Source: Macrostomum lignano
Taxonomy: Eukaryota
DNA: 64,000 nt
Assembly: GCA_002269645.1 (NCBI GenBank)
Contig: NIVC01003803.1
Span: 12,146 to 76,145, forward strand
Direction: 5' to 3'
Shown here: one piece after another, positions 11,885 to 23,667 of the stretch
Layout: each line of letters opens with the position of its first letter
Numbering within the stretch: the first letter of the stretch is position 1
The notes under the pieces: model-generated
What the model was told of the DNA's origin: nothing
What the model saw: the letters and a program-made list of their open reading frames with translations, nothing else
The model's database searches: none
Position numbers and translations under genes: made by a program

Positions 11885-13147
11885 ATGGAAAAGACTCCCG
11901 ATGGCCAAATAAAAGTTCTGTTGCATTGTGGATGGACCAAAGTGGTGTATAGAGTGAAGAGGGAAAACTTGGCCGAAAAGTCCCGAGCATCAGCTAGAGA
12001 TGGACGCGCGCACATTTGGGTCAGCGCGGGCCGAAACGCCCCACCGAACTAGCAAACCAAAAAGTATAGGAGCCTAGCAAGAAAGGGTGCAGAGAGGACG
12101 AGATTTGGAAATTTCTGAACATTTGCGAACCGCCCAGTGCTTGGGACTTCCTCTATAATTGATTTCGCAATGCAAAAACGGTTGAAAGTCAGAGGTATTT
12201 ACATGTACCGCTGAGCTGGTCTCCTGCCTCAACAGTGTGCGTTTTGTTGCCAATAAATCTGTAAACGGCAATTCATATCAGAGATTAAATAAACGTGAGT
12301 TTTTCTTTCGCAATTTTTTCGTTTCTATTTCTTCAAAAAAAGCGAAAAATGTTTGCATTAGAAAATAGGAAGATAGGAACCCTGCATGGTACAACTATAA
12401 AATCGGAATCGCTTTGGAACGAGAAGGCCTGCTTTTCTGACCAAAAAAGGCGCGGCTCCCCTTTGAAGTGATCTCCACTTTATGCTATATAGTTAAAGTC
12501 AAAGTTGAAATCTACATTTCAACAAGACTCCCTCGCCCTCATAATATCACTCGTCGAGTCAAGCTGCAACAGAAACAAAATCAGTGCATTTGTATTTGCC
12601 GTTTTACAGGTATCTCTGAGCACAGTCCTGTGTGTGTGCATGTACGTTATACATGTATATAGGCTAGGCATGTGAAAATGGTTACAGGAAGATAAGGCAA
12701 GAGACCAAAGTAACTGAATTGCACAAATTTTTTTTTGCATACGATCTTACGATCTTATCTGCAGATATCTCTTCCCTAAAGGTTTGGTTGGAGCCTACAC
12801 TGCGTAAATTAGCGATTCACTCAATTCTCGAATCGAGCTGACTCTGAAAATTACATGCAGCTAGCGATTTTATAACAGCTACATTTTTAGCTGATTGCAC
12901 TGGCGAAAAAAATCCTCGCAAACTAATTTCTAGTGGAGTCTGTTGCTAAAATCGACAATTTACCGTCTGCTTTCGTGAGTCTTTCGAGTTTTAAAGGTAA
13001 TAAAACATGTAAATCAGTTTAATTATTAAATCTTTGTACATCTTTGGGACATCTTTGATATGGACTTTAGTCAATTTTCATCAGTTATAGTGATGCATGA
13101 GAATTTAGCCGCTGAATACTTAAACACCGTAGCACCAATTAGGAGGT

Positions 13148-13650
13148 AGAAGCATCTGAGCACTCTCATTGCCGAGTAACACCTTAGACAGAAGCATCTG
13201 AGCACTCTCATTGCCGAGTGACACCTTAGACAGAAGCATCTGAGCACTCTCATTGCCGAGTGACACCTTAGACAGAAGCATCTGAGCACTCTCATTGCCG
13301 AGTGACACCTTAGGCAGAAGCATCTAAGCACTCTCATTGCCGAGTGATACCTTTAGACAAAAGCATCTGAGCACTCTCATTGCCGAGTGACACCTTAGAC
13401 AGAAGCATCTGAGCACTCTCATTGCCGAGTGACACCTTAGACAGAAGCATCTGAGCACTCTCATTGCCGAGTGACACCTTAGGCAGAAGCATCTAAGCAC
13501 TCTCATTGCCGAGTGATACCTTTAGACAAAAGCATCTGAGCACTCTCATTGCCGAGTGACACCTTAGACAGAAGCATCTGAGCACTCTCATTGCCGAGTG
13601 ATACCTTTAGACAGAAGCATCTGAGCACTCTCATTCCCGAGTGACACCTG
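13148..13650 (+). repeat. 42-bp minisatellite (AGACAGAAGCATCTGAGCACTCTCATTGCCGAGTGACACCTT)
   Basis: About 12 near-identical units; explains 14-aa periodic ORFs. Confidence 0.95.
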
Positions 13651-13787
13651 GAGGTACGTGCAGACGTACTATAGTCAATCACCATTGAAGGCACAAACAT
13701 GACGAACATTTAATTTCAATTGCGACACCGACTATGAATAATTGCATGCATTTTTTTCGCATTTTTTAGCCAACCAAATAGAGCGAA

Positions 13788-14015
13788 ATGGCTAACCTGT
13801 GCCCCGGCCTGCTCTGGGCCTTCATCTGGTTTCTCATCCTCATCTTCCTGGCCTGGCCGATCGCATTCCTAATCGCCTGGCTGTACGTACTGCTGCTGCC
13901 GTTCTCCGTGTGCATCAGCGCGCTGCAGTCGGTCTGCGAATCAATTTTAGGCATTCTTAAATTGTGCGTCACCTGCACGGAGAATATGATGGGCATGAAG
14001 CCGCTATTCGGTTGA
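13788..14015 (+). CDS. Uncharacterised 75-aa hydrophobic, Cys-rich small membrane protein, paralog 2
   Basis: Same length and Cys pattern as paralog 1; shared WPIAFLIAWLY.LLLPFS.C core. Confidence 0.88.
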   Translation: MANLCPGLLWAFIWFLILIFLAWPIAFLIAWLYVLLLPFSVCISALQSVCESILGILKLCVTCTENMMGMKPLFG

Positions 14016-15537
14016 AACTGCAATGATGATTGCAGAACAACTTGACACTGTGCGCAATCAATCAATTAAATCAACAAGCGTGATTACAAATAAACAAATT
14101 CAATTGTTTTATATTAGTCATTAGCAAAACTAGCAGACAAAACAATATATACAACAAAACTTAGCCTTTGTTATATTGCACAATTTTTGTAATCTGTTAA
14201 ATAAAACTTAATATGCATGGCTACATGGTTAAACTTTTAGTCAAAGCAAAGTGTCACACGCTGATTAAAACAAATGTAAGGCTCACTTGTATATACGTGG
14301 ACAGGGATGTCTTCAGATACTAAAATAGCTAGATGGGCCACTCAGGCATATTTTTACACTGTAAAACAGCTTTCTACTTTCAGTTCAGTAGCAAAGAAGA
14401 ATACATAAGCTATTTTATAAAAATAAAGGCAGCTGAAATTACTTCGATAAGTTTAGAAGCCCAAGCTTGCAGGCGTAAACAGCTTGCTAATTGGTTCAGC
14501 AGTAATGTACATGAGCCAGTCCACTGAAATGTACATGGCCGCTTTAAGCTGGAACTCCGAGAAAGGCAATAAAAATTGGGGCGGGCGGAGGGCCGGGAGG
14601 GGTAGTGTGGAAAGGAGCGGTTGGAAGAATTAAGCTGGGATCTGGGAGTAGAACCAATAAATGCCTTGGTTTTAAAAATAAATTAAAATACCTTTTTAAT
14701 TTACTACTGAACTGAAAGTAGTTTGCACGCAAATTTGCTGAGTGGCCCATGCAGGGATGACAGGTATTTTTGCACTGGAGGAAGTTTCAGTTTCTCGCAA
14801 ATTTTTGGACGCATTTTGATGCAAGCGTTCTGTACTGTCTGAACTTGATGCCGTGAATTATACAGAGAATATTTTTTACACGTAGATCTGATGCTTGCTG
14901 CTGCATCAAAGCGTAGGGAATGTTTACGGGCTTCCAATCCAGTAGAGTTTATAATAAGAAGTCCCTGGCCAGAGTGGCCATTCATTATATTCAAAGAGTT
15001 TAACCATGAATACCAATGTCTAAACTGTGGCTTTTAAAATTATGCACTTGACTTATGAGCACTTGCTCAAACAAGTTGATAGAGGTTAGATCAATAGATA
15101 ATCTCTCAGCGTGTTAGGGGTGTGATGATGTGAGAGGGCTTGACTCCCTCGGTGTCAACAGCTTCCAGATATTTGCTATAGCAAAACACACAATCATCGA
15201 GAATTGCTTAGGGCCTTAGGCAAAGGAATCGCGTATCAAACACCCTCAGAAAGCCTCTCGATATGGCCCTTGGTCCTATGGGCACCACACTCGAATTGAT
15301 GGCCGAACAAGCTTAAAGTGATAGTTGTCACAGGTGCATTGAACTTGAAACGAATTCAACCGAGTTTGTAAAAGGCCTTCAACAGATAGGGGTGATTGTT
15401 TGATTTAAAAAAAACTTGAGCCTCCCTGTGTGAACAGCTGATATATCTGCAGTATATCTACCTATAAGCTAGCTAGATCTTGCTACATATTTGACTTTGA
15501 AGCCTATTCAGCTCACTGCTCTTGTCTAGGCTAAGCC

Positions 15538-16308
15538 ATGCCATGTCAAAGATTCCATCTATCGTACGTGATACTGATTGCTACGTCTCACCTATTCATC
15601 TCGGGCGCTGCAATCGCTTGCCCGTCGGGCACCACTCGAATTGATGGCTCAACCAGGTCCTGGTGCGTCAGATGGTACGCCAACGGCGCCACCTTCTGCA
15701 ACGCTGTGAAGACATGTCGCGCGAACGGCGAGGAAATGATCGACAAGGAGGTGTTCGACGCCATGAGGGCAGAAAGGTCGCTATTTGGCGACATGTTTTG
15801 GTGGGTCGGACTCACCGACGCTCTGAAGGAAATGGGCACCAGCAAGACTGGCTGGGTGTGGCTGAACACGCGTCAGGAGCTCACCGCTGCAGATGACTAC
15901 TTCTACTCTGCTGAGCCAAACGACAGAACACATCAGGACTGCGCTACGACCTACAAGAAGCTGAATCGGATCAGAGACGAGTCCTGCAGTGCCAAGCGTC
16001 CGTTCTACTGCTATCTGGAAGGGTCCAAGAAGCCATCGCCTTCGAGGCTGCAGTTCAAGCGGACTCATATTGCAAGCTACAGCCAGTTGGACCCCGGATG
16101 TTGGTTGAAATGGACCGGAATCCGCGCCATATCAAAGTGCGCCTACTTATGTGTTAGCCAGGGATCATTGACGGACTGCATCGGATTCTACTGGCATCCC
16201 TGGAGGCTGGAGTGCTTCATCCTGCCCTACTTCGACGCCTCTGTGCCTCTTGGCTTCGACACTGATGAAGAGAAGCGGAAGTGGCGCAAGTACCTACGGG
16301 TTCTGTAG
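15538..16308 (+). CDS. Secreted C-type lectin domain protein with a C-terminal PAN/Apple-like domain, intronless
   Basis: Hydrophobic signal peptide; WWVGLTD, WVWLN, EPN motif, C...C-x7-FYC; C-terminal CAYLC...CIGFYW...C pattern. Confidence 0.85.
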   Translation: MPCQRFHLSYVILIATSHLFISGAAIACPSGTTRIDGSTRSWCVRWYANGATFCNAVKTCRANGEEMIDKEVFDAMRAERSLFGDMFWWVGLTDALKEMGTSKTGWVWLNTRQELTAADDYFYSAEPNDRTHQDCATTYKKLNRIRDESCSAKRPFYCYLEGSKKPSPSRLQFKRTHIASYSQLDPGCWLKWTGIRAISKCAYLCVSQGSLTDCIGFYWHPWRLECFILPYFDASVPLGFDTDEEKRKWRKYLRVL

Positions 16309-17157
16309 GATACTCAAGGATAACTACAGAGGATACTACAGAAGACAACGCCTGGAGAGTCAACTTCTCAACCGAAGCGATCAATACTGTACCCCAGCGA
16401 TTAACTAGATCGACTGAATGAACTGTGTCCGATGTATATAAGACAACATTGTTACTGTTCCAACTGTCAGAAAGCTACACATTTTAAACAATTACAATCA
16501 AAGGACTGCCAGGGTTACGAAACAATTTGAAAACTGTGCAACCCACAGAATATTTTCTGTGGTGCAACCACATACGATGATTGTTTGTACTACCTATTTT
16601 CTTTACTACGAGTATCGTCTTGACAACCTTATCTGACACCGAACCCCCCCCCACGGGACAGTTGCTGACCACCTGAACTGCGGGTTGGGGGCGGAGCAAC
16701 TCAACGGTAAACGCGTGATTCCCAGCCATGAGAGGGCCAGCCCCACCTCAAGGCACAGAGACTTTATTGACGTATATTTATGCCCTGTAATTGCTTACTA
16801 TAATTAAAAGCAAAAAATATAAAATCCAGTAAAAACAAGAGGTTGCAAGTTGGTGGTAATAAAAATAGCGCTATTAATTACATCAGAGTAAATATAAGCG
16901 AAGTAATGTGAATTGCACGTACATGTATATTTACATGCTGATCGAATAAACAAATGATGTTCATTTTCTGTTGCAAAAAAGATAAAATAGCGTACAACAT
17001 CCAATTGTACAGTTAATTGTTAAAAACGCAATCAAATCATTTTACGAGTATTCAGCAACTACCCGGCTGCCAACTTGCAAATAATGGCACAAAATTATTT
17101 TAGAATATCTGCATAATTCTAAGTTTAGAAGGTAACTACTGATAGTGTGAGGGTCAG

Positions 17158-18265
17158 GGGGAGCTGACACTGAAGGAACAGCGGGAGCTGACACCAAAGG
17201 AACAGTGGGAGCTGACACTAAAGGAACTGTGGGAGCTGACACTGAAGAAACAGCGGGAGCTGACACTAAAGGAACTGTGGGAGCTGACACTGAAGAAACA
17301 GCGGGAGCTGACACTAAAGGAACTGTGGGAGCTGACACTGAAGGAACAGCGGGAGCTGACACCAAAGGAACTGTGGGAGCTGACACTAGAGGAACAGCGG
17401 GAACTGACACTGAAGGAACAGCGGGAACTGACACTGAAGGAACAGCGGGAACTGACACTGAAGGAACAGCAGGAACTGACACTGAAGGAACAGCGGGAAC
17501 TGACACTGAAGGAACTGCGGGAACTGACACTGAAGGAACAGCGGGAACTGACACTGAAGGAACAGCGGGAACTGACACTGAAGGAACTGCGGGAACTGAC
17601 ACTGAAGGAACAGCAGGAACTGACACTGAAGAAACAGCGGGAGCTGACACTGAAGGAAGAGTGGGAACTGACACTAAAGGAACAACGGGAACTGACACTG
17701 AAGGAACAGCAGGAACTGACACTGAAGGAACAGCAGGAACTGACACTAAAGGAACAGCGGGAACTGACACTAAAGGAACAGCGGGAACTGACACTAAAGG
17801 AACAGCGGGAACTGACACTGAAGGAACAGCGGGAACTGACACTGAAGGAAGAGTGGGAACTGACACTAAAGGAACAGCAGGAACTGACACTGAAGGAACA
17901 GCGGGAACTGACACTGAAGGAACAGCGGGAACTGACACTGAAGGAACAGCGGGAACTGACACTGAAGGAACTGCGGGAACTGACACTGAAGGAACAGCAG
18001 GAACTGACACTGAAGGAACAGCGGGAACTGACACTGAAGGAACTGCGGGAACTGACACTGAAGGAACAGCGGGAACTGACACTGAAGGAACAGCGGGAAC
18101 TGACACTGAAGGAACTGCGGGAACTGACACTGAAGGAACAGCAGGAACTGACACTGAAGAAACAGCGGGAGCTGACACTGAAGGAAGAGTGGGAACTGAC
18201 ACTAAAGGAACAGCGGGAACTGACACTAAAGGAACAGCGGGACCTGACACTGAAGGAACAGACAC
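17158..18265 (+). repeat. 24-bp minisatellite (GGAACTGACACTGAAGGAACAGCG) just 3' of the minus-strand stop at 18296
   Basis: More than 40 units read directly. Confidence 0.97.
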
Positions 18266-18295
18266 TGACGAGCAGAACCGATGGCACTGACAGTC

Positions 18296-19075
18296 TCATT
18301 CGTCATCAGCGGCGCCAGCGCCAGCTGTTAGACATTCGCGCGCCTCGGCCAGCAGCTGCAGCAGCTCCGCTTTGGTCTCAGAGCTGAGTCTGGCGCCGCC
18401 GCCGCCTCCAACAGAGCTGCAGCCCAGAGCTCTGGCAAACTCAGCCAGCCGATCAATCAGCACCTCATTGTCGGCAACGCATCGACGCAAATAGCGCAGC
18501 TCCGCTATGAGGCGCGCGCCGCGACTGCGCGCTTTCTCAAATAGGCGCAACAGATTAGAGTAGAGCTGCTGCTTCTCCTCTCTGTAGCTGGTGTTGGGGG
18601 TGGCGCTGGCAGGCGGCGGGTCAGCTGATTCAGCGGCGCGCTTAGCCGGAGGCGAATCCGACGCTGGCGGCGCCGGCGGTCGCTTCTTTGATGACGTCAC
18701 CGACTGGACGTTCGCGATGGTTGGCTGTTGCAACAGCAACTGCTGCTGCTGCTGTTGTAATTGCAGTTGCTGCTGCAACAGAAGCATCTGCTGTTGCTGC
18801 TGCAGTCCCATAGGCGCTGCTGCTGCACCGGCTGTTGGCTGCAGGCCGCCTTGGGGAGCGATGAGCAAATTGACAGTGACGAGGCCTTGCGGAGTCTGGA
18901 TCTGGGCCGGGATGGCGAAACTGGTCAGAGGCAGAGCAGCCGCAGAGGTGGAAGCGGCCGGGTTAGCGGCTAACAGCTGCGGCTGCTGCTGCGGACTGGA
19001 CAGAACTGTCGGGGGTTCGAATTTTGTTACGCGAATCTCTTCGTCAGCAGCGGAGGCGGCATCGGCACCGAAGTT
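18296..19075 (-). CDS. Terminal exon: polyQ/Pro-rich region plus a C-terminal coiled coil
   Basis: ctccgcag|AAC acceptor; 260 codons to TGA; heptad-like LYSNLLRL...ELRYLRR...LIDRLAEF. Confidence 0.75.
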   Translation of the reverse strand, partial: NFGADAASAADEEIRVTKFEPPTVLSSPQQQPQLLAANPAASTSAAALPLTSFAIPAQIQTPQGLVTVNLLIAPQGGLQPTAGAAAAPMGLQQQQQMLLLQQQLQLQQQQQQLLLQQPTIANVQSVTSSKKRPPAPPASDSPPAKRAAESADPPPASATPNTSYREEKQQLYSNLLRLFEKARSRGARLIAELRYLRRCVADNEVLIDRLAEFARALGCSSVGGGGGARLSSETKAELLQLLAEARECLTAGAGAADDE

Positions 19076-19134
19076 CTGCGGAGTGTACACGCATGAATTC
19101 TCAGATTAGAGATCAGAGGCTCATGTCAGTCAGT

Positions 19135-20065
19135 GCGTCAGTGAGTCAGTGGGTCAGCCAGTGGGTCAGTCAGTGGGTCAGTCAGTGGGTCAGTCAGTGG
19201 GTCAGTCAGTGGGTCAGTCAGTGGGTCAGTCAGTGGGTCAGTCAGTGGGTCAGTCAGTGGGTCAGTCAGTGGGTCAGTCAGTGGGTCAGTCAGTGGGTCA
19301 GTCAGTGGGTCAGTCAGTGGGTCAGTCAGTGGGTCAGTCAGTCAGTCAGTCAGTGGGACAGTCAGTGGGTCAGTCAGTGGGTCAGTCAGTCAGTCAGTCA
19401 GTCAGTCAGTCAGTCAGTCAGTCAGTCAGTGGGACAGTCAGTCAGTCAGTCAGTGGGTCAGTCAGTCAGTCAGTCAGTGGGTCAGTCAGTGGGTCAGTCA
19501 GTCAGTCAGTCAGTCAGTCAGTCAGTCAGTCAGTCAGTCAGTCAGTCAGTCAGTCAGTCAGTCAGTGGGACAGTCAGTGGGTCAGTCAGTGGGTCAGTCA
19601 GCCAGTCAGTCAGTCAGTCAGTCAGTCAGTCAGTCAGTCAGTGGGTCAGTCAGCCAGTCAGTCAGTCAGTCAGTCAGTCAGTCAGTCAGTCAGTCAGTCA
19701 GTGGGTCAGTCAGTTAGTCAGTCAGTGGGTCAGTCAGTCAGTCAGTCAGTCAGTCAGTCAGTCAGTCAGTCAGTCAGTCAGTCAGTGGGACAGTCAGTGG
19801 GTCAGTCAGTGGGTCAGTCAGCCAGTCAGTCAGTCAGTCAGTCAGTCAGTTAGTCAGTCAGTCAGTCAGTCAGCCAGTCAGTCAGTCAGTGGGTCAGTCA
19901 GTCAGTCAGTCAGTCAGTCAGTCAGTCAGTCAGTCAGTCAGTCAGTGGGTCAGTCAGTCAGTCAGTCAGTCAGTCAGTCAGTCAGTCAGTCAGTCAGTCA
20001 GTCAGTCAGTCAGTCAGTCAGTCAGTCAGTCAGTCAGTCAGTCAGTCAGTCAGTCAGTGGGACAG
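19135..20065 (+). repeat. (CAGT)n / CAGTCAGTGGGT microsatellite filling an intron
   Basis: Direct reading. Confidence 0.97.
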
Positions 20066-20103
20066 TCAGAACTGCACCTAATCAGTGAGTTACAGGTACT
20101 TAC

Positions 20104-20490
20104 AGACTGACGCAGGCTGGAACCACCTGGCTCCTCTTCGTCATCGTCCGAGTCGCCTGTTCGGCGGCGGAGGGGTCGAGAGGTTGGCGACCCATTCGTT
20201 GGCGTCGGAGTTTGCTGTATCGACGAATTAGCTGACAGAGTACCTTCGGGATCGACATCGTCGAACGGTTTTCTATCGACACTGTTTTCATCGTCATCAT
20301 TGCCGTTGTGCGGACTGTCAGCGTCGGCTGCTGAAGATTCTTGAAGCTCGCGAAATCTGTCAGCAACTAGACTTGACGGTTGCTGTTGCTGGGGGCTCAA
20401 CTGAGGCGGGCCGTCTTGGCTGACGCTGTCTTCGTCTGATAGGGCCACGGGAACGTGCATGGCCTCGGCAGGAATTGTTTGAGGGCGATT
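20104..20490 (-). CDS. Acidic/Ser-rich coding exon; either LIN54 exon 3 or the first exon of a separate downstream gene
   Basis: GC-rich and open; acceptor ccctgcag| at 20491; donor TCT|GTAAGT; phase 0 on both sides. Confidence 0.7.
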
Positions 20491-22335
20491 CTGCAGGGTG
20501 TTTGAGGGTGATTTTTCTGGGTGTTTGAGGGCGATTCTGCAGGGTGTTTGAGGGTGATTTTTCTGGGTGTTTGAGGGCGATTCTGCAGGGTGTTTGAGGG
20601 TGATTTTTCTGGGTGTTTGAGGGCGATTCTTCTGGGTGTTCAAGTGCGATTCTTCTGGGTGTTTAAGTGCGATTCTTCTGGGTGTTTAAGTGCGATTCTT
20701 CCGGGTGTTTAAGGACGATTCTTCTAGGTGTTTAAGGGCGATTATTCTGCGTGTTTGAGGGCGATTCTTGTGGGTGTTTGAGGGCGATTCTTGTGGGTGT
20801 TTGAGGGCGATTCTTGTGGGTGTTTGAGGGCGATTCTTGTGGGTGTTTTAGGGCGATTCTTGTGGGTGTTTAAGGGCGATTCTTGTGGGTGTTTAAGGGC
20901 GACTCTGCAGGGTGTTTAAGGGCGATTATTCTGCGTGTTTGAGGGCGATTCTTGTGGGTGTTTGAGGGCGATTCTTGTGGGTGTTTGAGGGCGATTCTTG
21001 TGGGTGTTTGAGGGCGATTCTTGTGGGTGTTTTAGGGCGATTCTTGTGGGTGTTTAAGGGCGATTCTTGTGGGTGTTTAAGGGCGACTCTGCAGGGTGTT
21101 TAAGGGCGATTCTTGTGGGTGTTTAAGGGCGACTCTGCAGGGTGTTTAAGGGCGATTCTTGTGGGTGTTTGAGGGCGATTCTTGTGGGTGTTTTAGGGCG
21201 ATTCTTGTGGGTGTTTTAGGGCGATTCTTGTGGGTGTTTAAGGGCGACTCTGCAGGGTGTTTAAGGGCGATTCTTCCTGAGATTCAGGGCGATTCTTCCG
21301 GGTGTTTAAGGACGATTCTTCTAGGTGTTTAAGGGCGATTATTCTGGGTGTTTTAGGGCGATTTTTCTGAGTGTTTAGGGCGATTCTTCTTGGTGTTTAG
21401 TGGCGATTCTTCCGGGTGTTTAAGGGCGATTTTTCTCTGAGTGTTTAGGGCGATTTTTCACTGAGTGTTTAGGGCGATTCTTCTGGGTGTTTAAGGGCGA
21501 CTCTGCAGGGTGTTTAAGGGCGATTCTTGTGGGTGTTTGAGGGCGATTCTTGTGGGTGTTTTAGGGCGATTCTTGTGGGTGTTTTAGGGCGATTCTTGTG
21601 GGTGTTTAAGGGCGACTCTGCAGGGTGTTTAAGGGCGATTCTTCCTGAGATTCAGGGCGATTCTTCCGGGTGTTTAAGGACGATTCTTCTAGGTGTTTAA
21701 GGGCGATTATTCTGGGTGTTTTAGGGCGATTTTTCTGAGTGTTTAGGGCGATTCTTCTTGGTGTTTAGTGGCGATTCTTCCGGGTGTTTAAGGGCGATTT
21801 TTCTCTGAGTGTTTAGGGCGATTTTTCACTGAGTGTTTAGGGCGATTCTTCTGGGTGTTTAAGGGCGACTCTGCAGGGTGTTTAAGGGCGATTCTTGTGG
21901 GTGTTTGAGGGCGATTCTTGTGGGTGTTTTAGGGCGATTCTTGTGGGTGTTTTAGGGCGATTCTTGTGGGTGTTTAAGGGCGACTCTGCAGGGTGTTTAA
22001 GGGCGATTCTTCCTGAGATTCAGGGCGATTCTTCCGGGTGTTTAAGGACGATTCTTCTAGGTGTTTAAGGGCGATTATTCTGGGTGTTTTAGGGCGATTT
22101 TTCTGAGTGTTTAGGGCGATTCTTCTTGGTGTTTAGTGGCGATTCTTCCGGGTGTTTAAGGGCGATTTTTCTCTGAGTGTTTAGGGCGATTTTTCACTTA
22201 GTGTTTAGGGCGATTCTTCTGGGTGTTTAAGTGCGATTCTTCTGGGTGTCTGAGGGCGATTTTCTGGGTGTTTAAGTGCGATTCTTCTGGGTGTCTGAGG
22301 GCGATTTTCTGGGTGTTTAAGGGCGATTCTTCTGG
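20478..22335 (+). repeat. ~23-bp satellite (GGGTGTTTAAGGGCGATTCTTGT) with a 368-bp higher-order repeat
   Basis: Diagnostic variant CCTGAGATTCAG at 21276, 21644 and 22012. Confidence 0.95.
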
Positions 22336-22989
22336 TGGAGTGGAGTTTTTGAATTGCTGGAATGCTTTAGGAGCAATTCCTCAGGAAAAAAAGAAACAAT
22401 AAGACGTGAAGACAATGAAGCTTCATGTCAGTTCATGACTAATTTAAGAACCCGAACAATTAAAACAGAATAATATATTTGTGATACCCAGTTTTGATAA
22501 ACAACTGTAAATAGCGACAGACAAGATACAACAGAGAGAATGTATTTAGCAAAATAATTCACAGTAAATTATTAAAAAAGCACAAAAACTGCCAACTGGC
22601 TACTTAACAGAATATTTAGTTTATAGTAATATAGTATACAAGAAAGTGCACAATAAAAGTAGCTAAAATGTGTGCAATTAATGGCATAATGTTAAACTGA
22701 TTCTTAGAAGTATATACACCAAAAAATTGAAATAAGATGTTATTAATAGAAAAATAAGTTTCAGACACGCCAGTGAATGCTTACAAGAGCTGCACTTTTC
22801 GGAGGGCATCATAGAATTATATAACCGGTTGATTTAGAGGTTTGGGGACGCTATCAACTACTGAATAGTAAGTAGTAAAGCGAAACAAATGAAAGTTATC
22901 AATCAACACAATCATTATTTTTATTATTATGGAAAGTTAGCAAACAAGAAATTCATGCATTTTGTATAAGAACGCCAACTATTTGGAGG

Positions 22990-23460
22990 GTAAAATGGGA
23001 GATTTTAGGTAGGGTAATAAATGGAAGATATTAGGGAGAATAATGAATGGGAGATTTTAGGGAGGATGATAAATGGGAGATTTTAGGGTGGGTAATAAAT
23101 GGGAGACTTTAGGCAAGGTAAATTGGGAGATTTTAGGAAAGGTGAAATGGGAGTTTTAGAGAGGGTAAATGGGAGATTTTAGGGAGGGTAAATGGGAGAT
23201 TTTAGGGAGGGTAAATGGGAGATTTTAGGGAGGGTAAATGGGAGATTTTAGGGAGGGTAAAATGGGAGATTTTAGGAAGGGTTAATTGGGAGATTTTAGG
23301 AAGGGTAAATTGTAGATTTTAGGGAAGGTGAAATGGGAGATTTTAGCCAGGGAATAAATGGGAGATTTTAGGGAGGGTAAATGGGAGATTTTAGGGAAGG
23401 TGAAATGTGAGATTTTAGCGAGGGTAATAAATGGGAGATTTTAGGGAAGGTAAAAAAGCG
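22990..23460 (+). repeat. ~22-24-bp minisatellite (AAATGGGAGATTTTAGGGAGGGT)
   Basis: About 20 degenerate units. Confidence 0.9.
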
Positions 23461-23667
23461 TTTTTAGGAAGAGTCAAGATTGAAAATAGTGATGATTTTA
23501 CCTGATAAGCTTACATGTTGAAATTTGCAAAAATGTCAATAACAATACATTGAATGATACGAATTTTAAACATAAAGACAGCTTACTTAAAGTGAAAAAA
23601 CTGTTATTTAGACAGTCATAGCTGGTTACTAAAGCAGAGCAAATCAAATAACATCAACGATAACCAC

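Noticed and set aside
13148-13650. CRISPR-like look of the 42-bp array with a small CACTC/GAGTG hairpin (also 45030-45490)
   Set aside because: Units abut directly with no unique spacers; eukaryotic context; no cas genes
14333-14751. MITE defined by the 13-bp inverted repeat ATGGGCCACTCAG
   Set aside because: No TSD adjacent to the repeat and no second copy in the window
17042-18299. 361-407-aa ORFs resembling antifreeze or mucin repeats
   Set aside because: Open in several frames on both strands because the 24-bp unit lacks stops; no unique coding flanks
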